Of a DNA stretch of 64,000 nucleotides, positions 13,167-26,470 are shown in pieces. This DNA comes from Sphyrna mokarran (Eukaryota). The translations under genes and the position numbers were made by a program. Under the pieces are notes generated by a model. It searched no databases. It saw only the letters and a list, made by a program, of their open reading frames with translations, and had not been told where the DNA came from. The stretch spans positions 50,344,001 to 50,408,000 of the forward strand of contig JAGIQG010000013.1 in NCBI GenBank assembly GCA_024679065.1, written 5' to 3'. Each line of letters begins with the position of its first letter. Position 1 is the first letter of the stretch.

Positions 13167-14055
13167 TGGCTGATTCTCCAGTCCATTGTGCTGTGAGATT
13201 CCTGACATCATCAGCTCCACGCCAGAAACTGATACGACGCTGAATAAATCATGCAAGTATTTATTTGAATTTCATTAGCGGGCACTGGACTGAAATCTCA
13301 GGCCCCACTAGTGTCTACTGACCCACCCATCCCCTTCAGCCGGGGTGTTTTTCTCCAGCGGGGTTTACAACAGCTACCCATTAGTGGGAACTGGTAGCTC
13401 GATCCCACTGGGATGGCCTCCTCCAGAGTTCAGAAGTCAGTGAGGGTGTCCCCTGAGCGTTTGCCAGCCTGGCTTCTGGCACTGCTTAAGAGACAAAGTG
13501 GCAATGCTCAGGAGGCACATTGTCCAGTGGGCAGTGCCATTGTGGTGTGCCAGGGGGTAGGGCCTATGGAGGGCAGATCCTCAGTGGGGAGATTGGTGAG
13601 GATCCTGCTGCCTCTCTGCCTTGAGATGCATGACAGCGATCGGGGTTGGCTATTGGAGGAGGGAGAGATTAGGAGGGGTGGGTTTGGGGTTCCAGGCTGC
13701 CAGTAGGGGGGGGGAGAGGGGTCAAGAGTGGCCAGTGATTGAGGGGTGGGGAGATTGGAAGGATACCAATTAAGCTGGCTAGCGATTGGGAGGCTGATAA
13801 CGCAGGGCTACTGTGCATGGGCTGATCTCGGCACTGACAAATCGACACATTTGCAGTGGCCTGGTCAGAGCTATGCTGCTGGCTCCTGCAGGACGAATCG
13901 GCCCTGTCCCCTGATTTTTAGTGTGATTCATGCGCTCTGCAGTGCACAGAATGTGGGAGATTCATTTTGAAATGTCCTGCTGAAAAAACATAGTATTTAC
14001 TTCTGTTTTTATCCAACGAATTCAACACTTAAGACTAGTTGGGAGAATGTCACCC
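13167..14055. mobile_element. GC-rich MITE-like element (possibly Harbinger-type)
   Basis: Termini ggctgattctcc ... ggagaatgtcaccc; right end homologous to 43962-44100 (reverse complement); internal ggcactgc motifs. Confidence 0.6.
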
Positions 14056-14199
14056 AGGGATGTTGCAACAATGCATATAATTCTGTGCATTAATTTCTTT
14101 ACTGTTAATATATTTGCTGTATTTAAACATAGTCCCGTTTTATTATTTTCAGGGTAGTTCCTTTTCCTCAGTTATTTTTGGATTTTTGTTTTTTTTTTA

Positions 14200-14455
14200 A
14201 TATTCGTTCATGAAATGTGGGTGTCCTCTATTGCCTATCCTTGAGGCAATTAAGAATCTGCCCCATTTTGTCCCCTCAAGGACATTAGAGAACCAGATGG
14301 GTTTTTAGGACAATCAGCAATGGCTGAATAGTCATCATTAGACTTTTTTTATTTCTGGATTTTTTTTTTGTGAATTCAGAAATCTGCTGTAGTGGGATTT
14401 GACCCCTGCCCCCCAGTGCATTGCTCTGGTCTCTGGACTACTTGTCCAATTTTTC
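14200..14455 (-). mobile_element. tRNA-headed family B SINE
   Basis: aaggacattagagaaccagatgggttttt...gtgggatttgaccc homologous to 42827-43205. Confidence 0.75.
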
Positions 14456-17400
14456 CATTGCAACCCACCCCTCACCCCTCACCCCCCCACCCCCACACCC
14501 CCACCCCCCCTCCTCCCAAACAATATCACAATGGCACAATGGTGTTTGATTACAACTTCAGCAAGATCATAGTTTTTATAAGGCTCAACTAATTTGAAGA
14601 CCTACAGCAATGCCACTTGGAATATTTGGTTGTTGTCTGATACTGATGTATGTGTAAGGTTAGCACTTAAAAGAAAATCTGTGCAAGATGTATAAAATGT
14701 GACTCTTTTTCCCGCTATGTTCAGTAGCTGATCCCAAAAGGCTATCAGACTTCAAAATAAAAAATGCTGCTAAGAATGTGCTGAGATGAGGGTTGTCTAT
14801 TATATTACAATTCAGAATAAAGCAGTCACCCATGGTTAGTTGGAATACAAATTTGTGATAAATTAATACGTTGATAATATGTTCTAGTACAGTTTGCAGA
14901 ACATGTATTAAAAGTTGATCTTGTGTGAAGCAGAAAAGCTTTGAGTGAGTTATGTTCTGGTTGGGAATATTGAATATGAAATGGGTAAAGCTAACAGTTG
15001 GAGCATATTACAAACTCCTAGAGCAGAACAGAAAGAAATAGCATTTCTTCTGAAGAAGGATATATGAATACAGGAAGGTCAATCACTTATATATAAATTA
15101 GGATACCTCACAGTGCTTTGGAGTTGGTAAAATAATGCATCATATCGTCGTTACTCATGAACCAATGTGTCAGGATAGCCACAAGAGATGGTATACATCT
15201 GGACTGAATAATATTAAGTGACCCAGATACGATAGGAAATGAAAGTTATCAGAGTCCTCAGGGATAACAACAACATTGAATGATCAAACTCAATGTGATT
15301 GATGATTTGGAAATCTTGTTGGTATAGGGACAGGGAAGCCTGTTCTACAATACTTATATTACTGGCAATGTATTATGAAGGGAATTTTCTTTTTATTTAA
15401 ATAAAATCATTTACAGATATTTGAAAAAGTGTAAAACAAGTCACTTAAACAAGTCACCCTAATAAGTAAAGGAAACGGGTGATGTCCTAGTAATAAAGTT
15501 TAAATAGCTTGCAACAGTTTGAGAAAGATGAAAAAAGACTGAGACAATTGAGCTGATTCTGCAATTTGGTACATCCAGCAGCCTCAAGCCTATTCTATTT
15601 GCAGAGTGCACATTTTGGGATAATATTCAACATGCTATCCGTAGTCTTCTACCCATTTAGTATTATGGGTGGAGAAATTGTATGCTATGTACCCATATTT
15701 TCTCAATGCATTCCTGGAAACACTACTTCCCACTGCAAGGCCTAAATTATGAAATTACTACAAAACATAGCACTACCGATGCTTGATTCACAGTAAATTT
15801 ATTTCTGTTAAGTTGTTCATAAGTAGCAGACATTTCAATTGATTTGGAATTTTTTTTGCATTTCAAATGGCTCATAGCTAGTTTTCCTTTTTTGAACTAA
15901 CATGCACGATTATCCTCGCATATTTCAAAAGTGTTTCATTTATTTGTTATCTTTTGGATTCTGGCTTACAAAATACTATTATAGATGAATGAGCAACTTA
16001 ATTTCCAGTTAGCTGAAAGAAACAAATTTCAGCTGCTTGAATGCCAGTGCTGCGCATGCTGATTTGATCATATAATGCACACAACTCTTGCCAATTTTTG
16101 ACACACACAACTCAGCAAAAAGAAGAAAGGTCACTAACAGATTAATAATTTCATTAGCAACTCTCATGTGTGCTGAATACTTTGAAGCATATTTTTCTCG
16201 AGCTCCTGGGTGCAAAGCAACACATGGAATGTGTGTGTATTCACAATGCAGCCTGCCCAATTCTCTGAAATGTGCTCGACCTATTTGATGCTGCTTGAAA
16301 CAATTGAACATCTATCCTCTTTATCTGTTGGTGTGTGCAATATAAAACAATCTCACTGAGACCAACTTCAGCGATGTATTGAAAGGCAGATTTCCTCAGA
16401 ATCTTGTACAGGAAACATTTCCAAATGTATGCATTTGTTTGCAGCATGGGCTATTCAAGTCTGAGTTCTTTCTACTACATCTTGTTTGCCTGTTAATCCC
16501 AGGACTTCTACAGAAAAGATCAATTAGGAACCAGGGAGTTTGGCCAACAGAACACTGACATGTGTGGAGTGTTGAAGCGTACAATGGTGGATGTTTACTA
16601 CAATTCTGTAGCTTTTGTTTGCTTCCTTCAACAGAGCTATGCCCTCAAATTTGTCTCACATTCAAATGTAAAAATCGATGACAAAAATCTCACTGCATCT
16701 CAGACACAGCAAACTACGCAGAGAAAGAGAAGTTTAACCCTTTTGAATTTTATCACATCAGGCATTTTTTGCAATCTTACGATTTTAATGTAATGTTAGA
16801 AAACATTGTCTGGCATTTAGGATCCACAAAGAAGTGCATTGAATTTGGGAAAGAAGCACCCTACAAAGTGTGAATCAGATTTTCAGGAATGTTGCTGTAC
16901 AATCCTAGTTGGCCGACAGCCGAACATGACATCACTTCTCCTCCACACAGAGAAGTTCATTGTCAATCTGTGTTAACTACAATTGAACATTTCTTTCCCA
17001 CTCTTCCAGTACTAGTTTAAACGTCCTAGTAGTTCCATTTAATTAGGCACTGCTGCCACATGAACAATGAATGTATAAACAGTTGCTGAAAGGATATTTT
17101 TATGTTGGCAAAGGGGAAAAAAATACAAGTCAAAAATTTAAGATTTTCCTAGATAACACAAACATTTTTTATCTGAAATCCATTGCAGCGTTTTTGCCTG
17201 TGGACATATAAAATGTCCATATAAAAGCTTGCAAAAGTAGGAGAAATTGGCAGGCATAATCATCATATTTGTAAGCTCTGTAAATATGCATTCTAGAAAA
17301 TAATTGCCATATGTTAGTATGGAGTCATGCATTTTATTCTGCTGAATCCTTATTCAGTCATAATTGACCTTTTTTTTGCTTAACTGCTCAAAACCGTTAC

Positions 17401-17732
17401 ACAAATTGTCATAGAGTCATAGAATTGAAAAGGTGTTCTGTAGACCAGCCCTCAAATCCCAACATTACAAAAGCAAATATACATCATTTTTAAACACGCA
17501 TCTTTCATATGAATCACAGTTGTGTGAGTCCATGGGTGCAAATCACTCTATTGGCAGTTTAAGGGTTAAAATTATTATTTCCAAGGGAAAAACAAGGTAT
17601 CAAAAAAATTAAGACTGCCGAGGAAGAAAAATAGCAATAGAATAATTTTATTTTCTACTGTACTTCATGATTATTGTGCCTACCAGTTTGACAACAGCAA
17701 CAACTTGCATTTATATAGCACTTTGACATGTC

Positions 17733-18580
17733 CTAGAGTCATAGAAATTTACAGCTGGGAAACAGGCCCTTCGGCCCAACTTGTCCATGCCACCCTTTTT
17801 TTTAATATCTCTAAGTTAATCCCATTTGCCCGCATTTGGCCCATATCCCTCTATATCCATTTTACCCATGTAATTGTTTAAATGCTTTTTAAAAGTCAAA
17901 ATTGTACTCACCTCTACTACTATCTCTTATGCAACTTGTTCCTGACACTCACTACCTTCTGTGTAAAAATTCTGGACACTGTTGTATCTCTCCCTCTCAC
18001 CTTAAACCTATGCCCTCTAGTTTTCGACTCTCCTACCTTTGGGAAGAGATATTGACTAGCTGATCTGTGCCCCTCATTATTTTATAGATCTCTATAAGAT
18101 TACCCCTCAGCATCCTACATTCCAGAGAAGAAAGTTCCAGACTATCCAGCCCCTCCTTATAACTCAATCCATCAAGTCCTGGTAGCACCCTAGTAAATTT
18201 TTTCTGCACTCTTTCTAGTTTAATAATATCCTTTCCAAAATAGGGTGACCAGAATTGCATGCAGTATTCCAAGTGTGGCCATATCAGTGTCTTGTACAAT
18301 TTCAACAAGACATTCCAACTCCTGCATTCAGTGTTCTGACTGATGAAACCAAACATGCTAAAGTCAATTTAGACAACATCAACTGCACTGCCCTCTTCTA
18401 CCTTCTTGGTTACCCCCTTCAAAAAACTCAATCAAATTTGTGAAACATAATTTTCCCCTCACAAAGTCATGTTGACCATCCCTAATCCGTACTTGTGTCT
18501 CTAAATGCCTGTAGATCCTACAATTTACCCACCACAGATTTGAGGCTCATAGGCCTGTAGTTCCCAGGCTTTTCCCTGGG
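17733..18580 (-). mobile_element. CR1 LINE fragment with 3'UTR
   Basis: ORF 18033-18356 LYKTLIWPHLEYCMQFWSPY..DIIKLERVQKKFTR; tail gggccgaagggcctgtttcc. Confidence 0.92.
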
Positions 18581-18942
18581 ATCAAGTGAATCCCTTGATG
18601 GGTATAGGGAGTGGAGGAGGAGAGTTAAGAGAAAAATCAGGAAAGCAATTTTTTAAAAAAACTTTATTCCAATCCAATCAAGTCAAAATACTTTCTGATC
18701 CAAAGTATATGTACAAGATTTGAACTTTTTTAGGACTTTCTTCTTCCCTAATAGTATCCAATTCATTGGTTTTGTAAGTCGAGCCAGCTTATAGTTACCA
18801 CACTGTATATGATTGAGGAGTTATTTTTGGGAAATAATTCAGCAAAGATATGGGGTGGCTTTTAACTGCCTCCACAAAGGTGTCTGCACTCTTGTCCCTG
18901 GTCTGCTAGCTAAAACCAGCTTACAGACTGTTAGATAGAATC

Positions 18943-19262
18943 TAAGAACATAAGAAATAGGAGCAGTAGTAGACCATCCAGCCCTTCGAGCCTGCCCTGC
19001 CATTCGATAAGATCATGGCTGATCTGCAGTGGTTCAGTACCACTTTCCTGCTTTCTCCCTGTGACCCTTAATTCCCTTGTCAATTAAAAACCTATCCACT
19101 CTTGACTTCAATATATTCAGCGAGGAAGTCTCCACCACTTCATCAGGCAGAGAATTCCAAAGATTCACCACCCTTTGCGTGACGAAATTCTCCTCAGTTC
19201 TGATCTGAACCGCCCCCCCCCCCAATATTGAGGCTGTGCCCTCTAGTCCTGCTATCTTTGTT
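18943..19262 (-). mobile_element. CR1 LINE 3' end
   Basis: FVTQRVVNLWNSLPDEVVE...KSRVDRFL; aagaacataagaaatagg tail. Confidence 0.92.
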
Positions 19263-19550
19263 AAACGGGAAGCCTCCTCGTTTGTACAAACAGATTACCA
19301 ATTATGTCATAGTTTCCCTTTGAAAGTTTGCTCCGTATACTTGATTGTCTGTCCCCCCTGAGCTTCTGTTAGTTTTAAGGTTAACATGATATATCTTCCC
19401 TGAGTGGCACAATCGTCTACCCATGTTTCCTATTTAGCAAGATGATTTTTTTTCTGATCTATCTGCACCGCTAATCCCGTCACTGAGACTCTTATGTTGT
19501 GAAAATACCTTTTGAAATGCTGATGGCTTTGGATTGCCTGGAACACTTAT

Positions 19551-19678
19551 AATGTAGAGATGCCGGCGTTGGACTGGGGTAAACTCAGTAAGAGGTCTGA
19601 CAACACCAATTTTAAATCCAACCAATTCAAATAAATTGGTTGGATTTAAAATTGGTGTTGTCAGACCTCTTACTGGGC
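19551..19678. repeat. Penelope-derived element collapsed to a perfect 42-bp inverted repeat
   Basis: Arms 19586-19627 and 19634-19675 are exact reverse complements around loop CAAATA; 8-bp TSD ACACTTAT (19543-50, 19679-86); related to 1205-1411. Confidence 0.9.
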
Positions 19679-19699
19679 ACACTTATTATCATATCTCAT

Positions 19700-21632
19700 C
19701 TGTGAGACCCACCTCTTGCTTCCTTGATCTGATTCCTCTATTTACTGAACTGCTGATTGCCCAACTTCCATTCCTGGCTGCCATATTAAACATCTCTTTT
19801 GTTGACAGTTCTATCTGGTCTCAGGCATATTACACCAACATACCACCCCCCTGCCCCCCAACTTCTCTGTTCACCACATAACCCTGCCCTTTAAATTGTT
19901 CCATAATTGTTAATCTCCTAAACAAAAATTCTTTGACCCCAACATCCTTGCAACTACAATCCCACTGCAACCTCCCTTTCTTCTCCAATGTCCTTGAATG
20001 TTTGGATGCCTCTCGAATTTATGCCATCCATCTGGAAATCTATGTTGAATCATTTGAAACCAGTTTCTGTCACAGCTTGGTGATAAAATGATATTGAAAT
20101 GGCCAGAATTAATTATCCCAGCTTAGCCTTCTTGGCCTGACTGCAGGCTTTGTCATGGTTTACCACACCATCCTTCTCTGTCTCTCTACTCTTGTCCAGT
20201 TGGATAGGACTGCCCTTGCTTCCTTCCATCCTTGTCTATGTGATCATAGCTAGATTATGACTTGCAGTGATTTTCCTCTTCATTCCCACTCTGTTACTTC
20301 TGGTGTCCCTCTGGGTCTCTTTTTAGCTTCTTCTGATTTCTGCTGTTACTTCTTGGTGATTGCACCTATTACACGAGTAAGCTAACTACAACCACAACTA
20401 CTTCTCCACCATCTCTTAGGACACCTTCACTGTCTTCAATTTGTTAAGCTATCTGTCTAGCCAACATCAGGGAATGGATGTGCAGAAATGACTTTAAATA
20501 AATATCAAGAAGGCCAGCCACTATTTTCCACCCTACTACAAAATTCTATTGCCTTGCAGCTAACACCACTGTCTGTCATAACTGCTTGAGGCTGGGGCAG
20601 ATTTGAAAATCTTGGAATCATATTTTATCCTGAGCTAAGTTTCCACACATTTATATCATCACTAAGAATTCCGATTTCAACTTCCAGAAGGTTGCCCAAT
20701 TCCTCCCCTGTCTCAGCTCACCTGTTGCCTCATGAATATTTTCTTACCTTTAAGTTTGACTGTTTTAAAAATCTCTCAACAACCTTAAAGTTGATATCAT
20801 TCAAATTTCTGCTACTTCTAACAGGTTCCTTCCACCTGTCACCACTGTTCACTTTAAAGTGGACTTTAGTCCATTTTGATTGACAGTTAAATATTTGCAT
20901 TCATTTTGAAATTCTCATCATTTTAAATCCCTTTGGACCTTTTCCCCTTCCTATCTCTATAATGTCCTGATGTCTACAACCTCCAAGATGGGCGGCATGT
21001 TGACACATTAATTAGCACAGTTAGTGCCAGGAACCTGGGTTCGATTCCAGCCTTGGGTGATTGCCTATGTGGAGTTTGCACATTCTCCCCATGTTTGTGT
21101 GAGTTTCTTTTGGGTGCTGTGGTTTCCTCCCATAGTCCAAAGATGTTCAGGTTAGGTGGATTGGCTTTACTAATTTGTCTCTTCATATGTCCCAAGTTAT
21201 GTAGGTTAAAAGAATTAGTAAGTAAATGCTCAGGGTTATGAGGATGGGATTGGCCTCGGTATGATTGTCTGTTGAGAAGTCAGTGCAAACTCAATGGGCT
21301 GAATAGCCTCCTTCTGCATTGTTGAGATTCTGTGATTCTATACTTGCACTCCTCCATTTCTAAATGCTTGAGTATTCCCAATTTTAATTTGCTGCACCAT
21401 TGGTGCCTTTACCTTCTTAGTCTGAAATTCCTTCTTTGGAACATTTTGCCTCTCCTTTTTTTTCCTCCTCAAAGACAATCCTTAAAAACTAGCTTTTTGA
21501 TGAGGCTTTGGTCATCTATCTCAATGTCCCCTTATGCAAATTGCTGTCAAATGTTGTTTTGAAATGTCCCTGTGAAGCACTATGGGATGTTTTGTTATGT
21601 TCAAGATGCTATATAAATGTTCGTGTGGTTGT
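19700..21632 (+). mobile_element. Decayed L2 LINE (RT to 3' tail), interrupted by a V-SINE
   Basis: NLPFFSNVLE, GVPLG and NLGIIFYPELSF remnants; L2 tail ctgtgaagcactatgggatg...gctatataaatg. Confidence 0.8.
20990..21340 (+). mobile_element. HE1/V-SINE with CR1-type tail
   Basis: ggcggca...ggttcgattcc, V-domain, tail gggctgaatagcctccttctgc...gattcta. Confidence 0.9.
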
Positions 21633-22361
21633 GCAAACCTTATTTGTATCTTCCTATTACTTTCATTGATGGAATAGGATATTTTGAATTAAAGTTTTAT
21701 AAGGTTAATATAATAAATCCATTTCTAATAAATAAATAATTTTATTTGTTTCATTGATGGGGCATATGTTCCATTTACAGCCTGATAGTTGAGGGCAGCT
21801 AATCATGTGCCTCGTTTTAATGTGAGCGCAGACAAAAAGGAAAATCATTATTTGCTTAAATGTCCAAATTTTGCACTGAAGTAAAGTTTGGGTGAACGTA
21901 AAATGCATCTAATTTTATAAAAAACAGATTCCTATAATGACTGTTTGTCGGGGCACTTAGTTGCCAAGGTAATACACCTACCATTTTCTGATGTGTATAC
22001 TGAGCAAATGAAGCTCCACACTGTTACTGCTGACATTTGGTCAGCAAATGACCAAACTTGGAATCATTGTTGATTTTGGGTGATAGTGCAATGCAGGTGA
22101 TATGAGATTGGTGCCTATTACTCACCATTTCTGATTTTCATTTCCATTGATATCAATCAGAGGAGATGTATGAAGGCTGGCAGATCTGATATTGCCTATT
22201 TTATGCATTCAGGCCAAATCAAAATGGTCCCCTTGAGTTTTTAGCCACGCAACACTTCATTGTTTGAAAAATGACTATACTGCTGTATGAGAATATTTTT
22301 GCATGATTGCTGAGGGCAAACCTTTTAATGATGGAAGGTGTTTTAGAAATGTGTAACAATA

Positions 22362-22647
22362 CGTTTATTTATTAGTATCACAAATAGCTTACATTAACAC
22401 TGCAATGAAATTACTGTGAAAGTCTCTGAGTCGCCACACTCAGGTACACTGAGGGAGAATTTAGCATGGCCAATGCACTTAATCAGCACATCTTTTGGAT
22501 TGTGGAAGGAAGCCAGAGCATTCAGGGGAAACGCATGCAGACACGGGGAGAATGTGCAGACTGCACAGACATGACCTAAGCCAGAATTGAACCAAGTCTC
22601 TGTTGCTATGAAGCAGCAATGCTAACCACTGTGCCACAATGCCACCC
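22362..22647 (-). mobile_element. V-SINE with non-CR1 tail
   Basis: Same architecture as 12830-13090. Confidence 0.88.
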
Positions 22648-23739
22648 GGGTCTAAAAACATTTGGCATTCATTCAAAGTATATTTTGTTCCTTGCATTTG
22701 AAAGAGGTCAATGAATTAATTAATTTATCTGAACCTGTCCCAAGACTAGTTGGATCAAAATTCACTTTATCATTCCTTTTGTGAAAATTGTTGCTCTTGT
22801 GGTATGGATAAAGTATACTGAACATGAGCTGGTAGAAGTCAAGCTTAATATTGCATTTTCTCTTCTGACTATTTTTCCATGTGTGAAATTGAATCCACTC
22901 CCCACGAAAGTAGTTTATCTTGAGCTACAACTTTTTCAGCCAGTTCTTTATTTAATCATCAAACTAGAAGAGCAGAACAGTTCCGAAAAAATCACGAGAT
23001 TTGTGAGATATATATTTTCTTTCTTTGAAATAACATTGTAATTATTTTCTTTGACAAAAGAAGAACCTGGGGTATGGATGGGAGATGTTGAATGAGTAGA
23101 AATATTTTTACGGAGTAGATTATTATGACCAGATATTATTACCTGAAAGGAAGATAGAAACATAATCAATAGACATTTTCAAAAAGGATATGGATAGTCA
23201 TTTGAAAATTAAAAATCATTGGGCAATGGGAAAGAGAAGAAGCATGAAGCCATTTGAACAGCTCTTTCAAGTTACTGGCAGAAGTAGAATGCTGTGAGTG
23301 GCCGTCTGCTATGCTCTTTTATTCAATGAGGCCTGAAAAATTTATTTGCCTCAGGATTGATGTTTACAGCTTTGAACATAACTGTCAATGGATCCTTTAG
23401 CTAAATGTAGCAAGTGTGACCATGGATTCTTTTTTTTTGCTATGTTTAAGAGAAAGCAATTTTATGCTTTTATGAGCTAAAATCTTTGCAGTCATTTTAG
23501 CTTATGACCACATAAAGTTTTTTCTTCATTCAGTCTTGAATACTATGCGACTTGAAATGATCAAATTTTCAGCAAAATACTTTGGTTGACCTGTTCCTTG
23601 CTCTTTTAAGAATGATATCTAATAAATCTTGAAGTCCTCATTGTTGTTGTTCTTCTTCTACATTGCCACCTTCCACTTCTCATGGAATTAAAATGGCTGT
23701 GCCTCATTGTGCAATTTTGGACAAACCTGATACTCTCTT

Positions 23740-24460
23740 TCTGACATTGCTCAAATGTCCCCACTTCTGGCCATATCATGGAGGAAGAATCATTCATGAA
23801 GCAGCTGAAAATGGTTAGCATAGGATGCTATCCTGAGGAAAATCTGTCATGAAGCATTTTGACTTCCCATAAACATCTTCCTTTTTGTGAGCTATGACTC
23901 CAACCAGAATGAAAAACATAACTTCTAGCCAAATAAATACTGCAACTACAAATGCAGCTCAGCAGCTGGGAAACAGCAATGAACAGCTCACCTCCTGACT
24001 TCCCAAATCTCATTCACAATCTACAAGGCACAAGTCATCTCACTTGTCTGGATGATGCAACTCCGATAACACACAAAATTCAACACTATCCAGAACAAAA
24101 CAATGCTCTTGATTGGCACACGATCCACCACCTTCAACATCCATTCCCTCCACCACTAACACATGGCAGCATTGTTAACCAAGGTGCACTGCAGCAATTC
24201 ATCAAGGCTCTCTGGACAGCCCTTTGGATCTGCACCTCTACCACCAAGAAGGACAAGGCCAGCAAATTCATGGCCTGATTTGGAACTATATCACTATTGA
24301 TTCACCAAGATGAAATTCTGGAGCACCCTTCCTAACAGGTAGATGTACTTGCACTTGGATCGCAGAGGTTCATGAAGTTGGCTCATCACCACCTTCTTAA
24401 GAGAAGTTAGGAATGTGTAACAAATGCTGACCATGCCAGTGACATGCATATCTCATGAAA
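23740..24460. mobile_element. Family B LINE with inverted 5' part
   Basis: 23740-23915 is RT (minus strand, WLES to SEVG region); about 23930-24460 is the + strand 3' end with tail. Confidence 0.65.
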
Positions 24461-24615
24461 AAAGAAAAATTATAAGCTTGAAGTGGCATGATCAAAAGAT
24501 TGTTTGCTCCCACAGTGTGGGTAATATGTTGAATGTCCTCATGTGTTGTACCAAGAGCTTGTGCTGGATTAATCCCTCTTTGAAAAAACATAAACTGAAC
24601 AAACAACTGAGAATA

Positions 24616-24773
24616 AGATTTGATATCTTAAAGAGAAGCAAGACTGAAATGATCAAATACTTCATGGAGCACAATGGCCCTTTTTTAAAGGTTTCAAAGC
24701 TTTTTTATGCCTATATTCAATTAGTTTTTCAGTGGCTCACTGTCCTGTGCTGGAGGTTTCCTGTCAGAAGTGT
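24616..24773 (+). repeat. Donor of 158-bp inverted duplication (copy at 29794-29951)
   Basis: 157/158 identical to the reverse complement of 29794-29951. Confidence 0.97.
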
Positions 24774-25175
24774 CTGGTATCCATTAGAGTTTAGAAGAAT
24801 GAAAGGTGAACTTATTGAAACACAGACGATCCTGAGGTGGATTGATAGGATTGATACTGAGAAGATGTTTTGATTTGTGATAAAGACTAGAACTGGGAAT
24901 GTTGTTTAAAAATAAAGCTCTCCAACTTAAGACAGAGATGAGAAGAACCCTTTCTCAGAGTCTGAGGAATTCTCCTCAGAGTGCTAGAGGCAGGTTATTG
25001 AGTATTTTTAAGGCTGGGTTAGGTAGACTCTTGATTGACAAGGAAGTGATAGGATATTGGTGGTGAACAAGAAAATGGAGTTGAGGCTGAATAGGATCAA
25101 CCATGATCTTATGAAATCAAGGAACAGGCTCAGGGTCGAATGATCTAATCTTGTTCTGAATTCATATCTCCATAT
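24774..25175 (+). mobile_element. CR1 LINE 3' end
   Basis: YPLEFRRMKGELIET..ILR; ccatgatctt tail. Confidence 0.85.
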
Positions 25176-26204
25176 GTAAATGATGACAAACGTTGAAAAT
25201 ATTGCATTCCTGATATTCAGTGGAAGAGAGATTAGAGTTTGAAGAAAATCTTTGTGGCAGCAAAGCTAAGCACTGGGGCGGGCGGGGGGAGGGACAGAAT
25301 TTTTTTAAAAAATGCATGATATTGAAGTTTTTCTACTTTGATTCACTATCCATCATCCCATTCTGAAACAGATATCTCAACTACAATTCTTCATGCTCTT
25401 AACCCATAATCTACAAATAGAAGAAACAGCTCGTTAGAATGGAAACATTACCGGTGGGGAGCACCAGATTTATGATGGGATCCACTGGGATTAAAGTGGA
25501 ATAAAATGAATGGGTTAAGTGCCACTACTGTCGAATTGAAAAAAAAGTCAAAGTTAACATTTGTAATTTTATTGGAGTCCAAGGAACTGTTGTCAGCGGA
25601 GAACATCTGATAAGAGCAGAAAAGTACAGATTGGCATTCCAGAAGAAATTCTGAAATTTCTTTGATTATTTGGTGAATAAAGAGTATCTATTATAACAAT
25701 CTTAAAAGACTTGGGATAAAATCAATGGTGAGATGGATAGTGGACTGACACAGATCTGCAGGAGCTCCAGACTTACTTCTATGATGTGTATGATATCTAC
25801 CTGAATTCTGTAATCTTCAATTACAAGTTCCTCTTACATATGAGAGAATCTATAACATACATTCAATTTCACTTGTTATTAAATATATCTGCATTTATGC
25901 AGTTCTGTTGGTTCATTTTGGATCCACTTAAAATTGATATGAAGCTAGACCATTAGATCCATTGGAGCAACCATGTGAGCATTGCAACTCTTATTTCTGG
26001 ACGCATATTTAGTCAAATTGCAAAGATGCACATGACTGACTGTCATATGTCGAAAAAAGATTATGCAAAATTCAGCTTTCAGCAGAATGAAAACTGCCAG
26101 AAGGCAATATGGTGCAGCAAAATGCCAATGTACCTACTCCCCAAATAAGAAATTATGTCCATTTTGTTATGGGTTTTAATAAATCAACATTTGTGATCCA
26201 TCAA

Positions 26205-26470
26205 TATCAAATTTAATGATCTCTCCTTGGCATTCAAAGAATTGCCTTCTTTGAATTTCCCTACTATCAAAATCTTTGCAGTTACCATTAACTAGAAATT
26301 TGGCTGAGTCCATCATACAAATGCTGTGAGCACAAGAGCAGATCAGAAGCTAAGAATTCGGCAGTGTGTAATCCACCCCTGACTCCCCAAAGCTTATCCA
26401 CTATTGACAAGGTGTGAGTCAGGAGTGTGATGACATACTCTCCATTTGACTGGGTGAGCATAACTCCATC
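26205..26470 (+). mobile_element. Family B LINE fragment
   Basis: ctgactccccaaagcttatccactat..aaggtgtgagtcaggagtgtgatgacatactctcc, homologous to 47410-47500. Confidence 0.75.

Noticed and set aside
24424-24873. 149-aa ORF with a near-identical partner at 29763-29954
   Set aside because: A chance open frame across a LINE tail, unique DNA and a CR1 fragment. The partner reflects the templated insertion.
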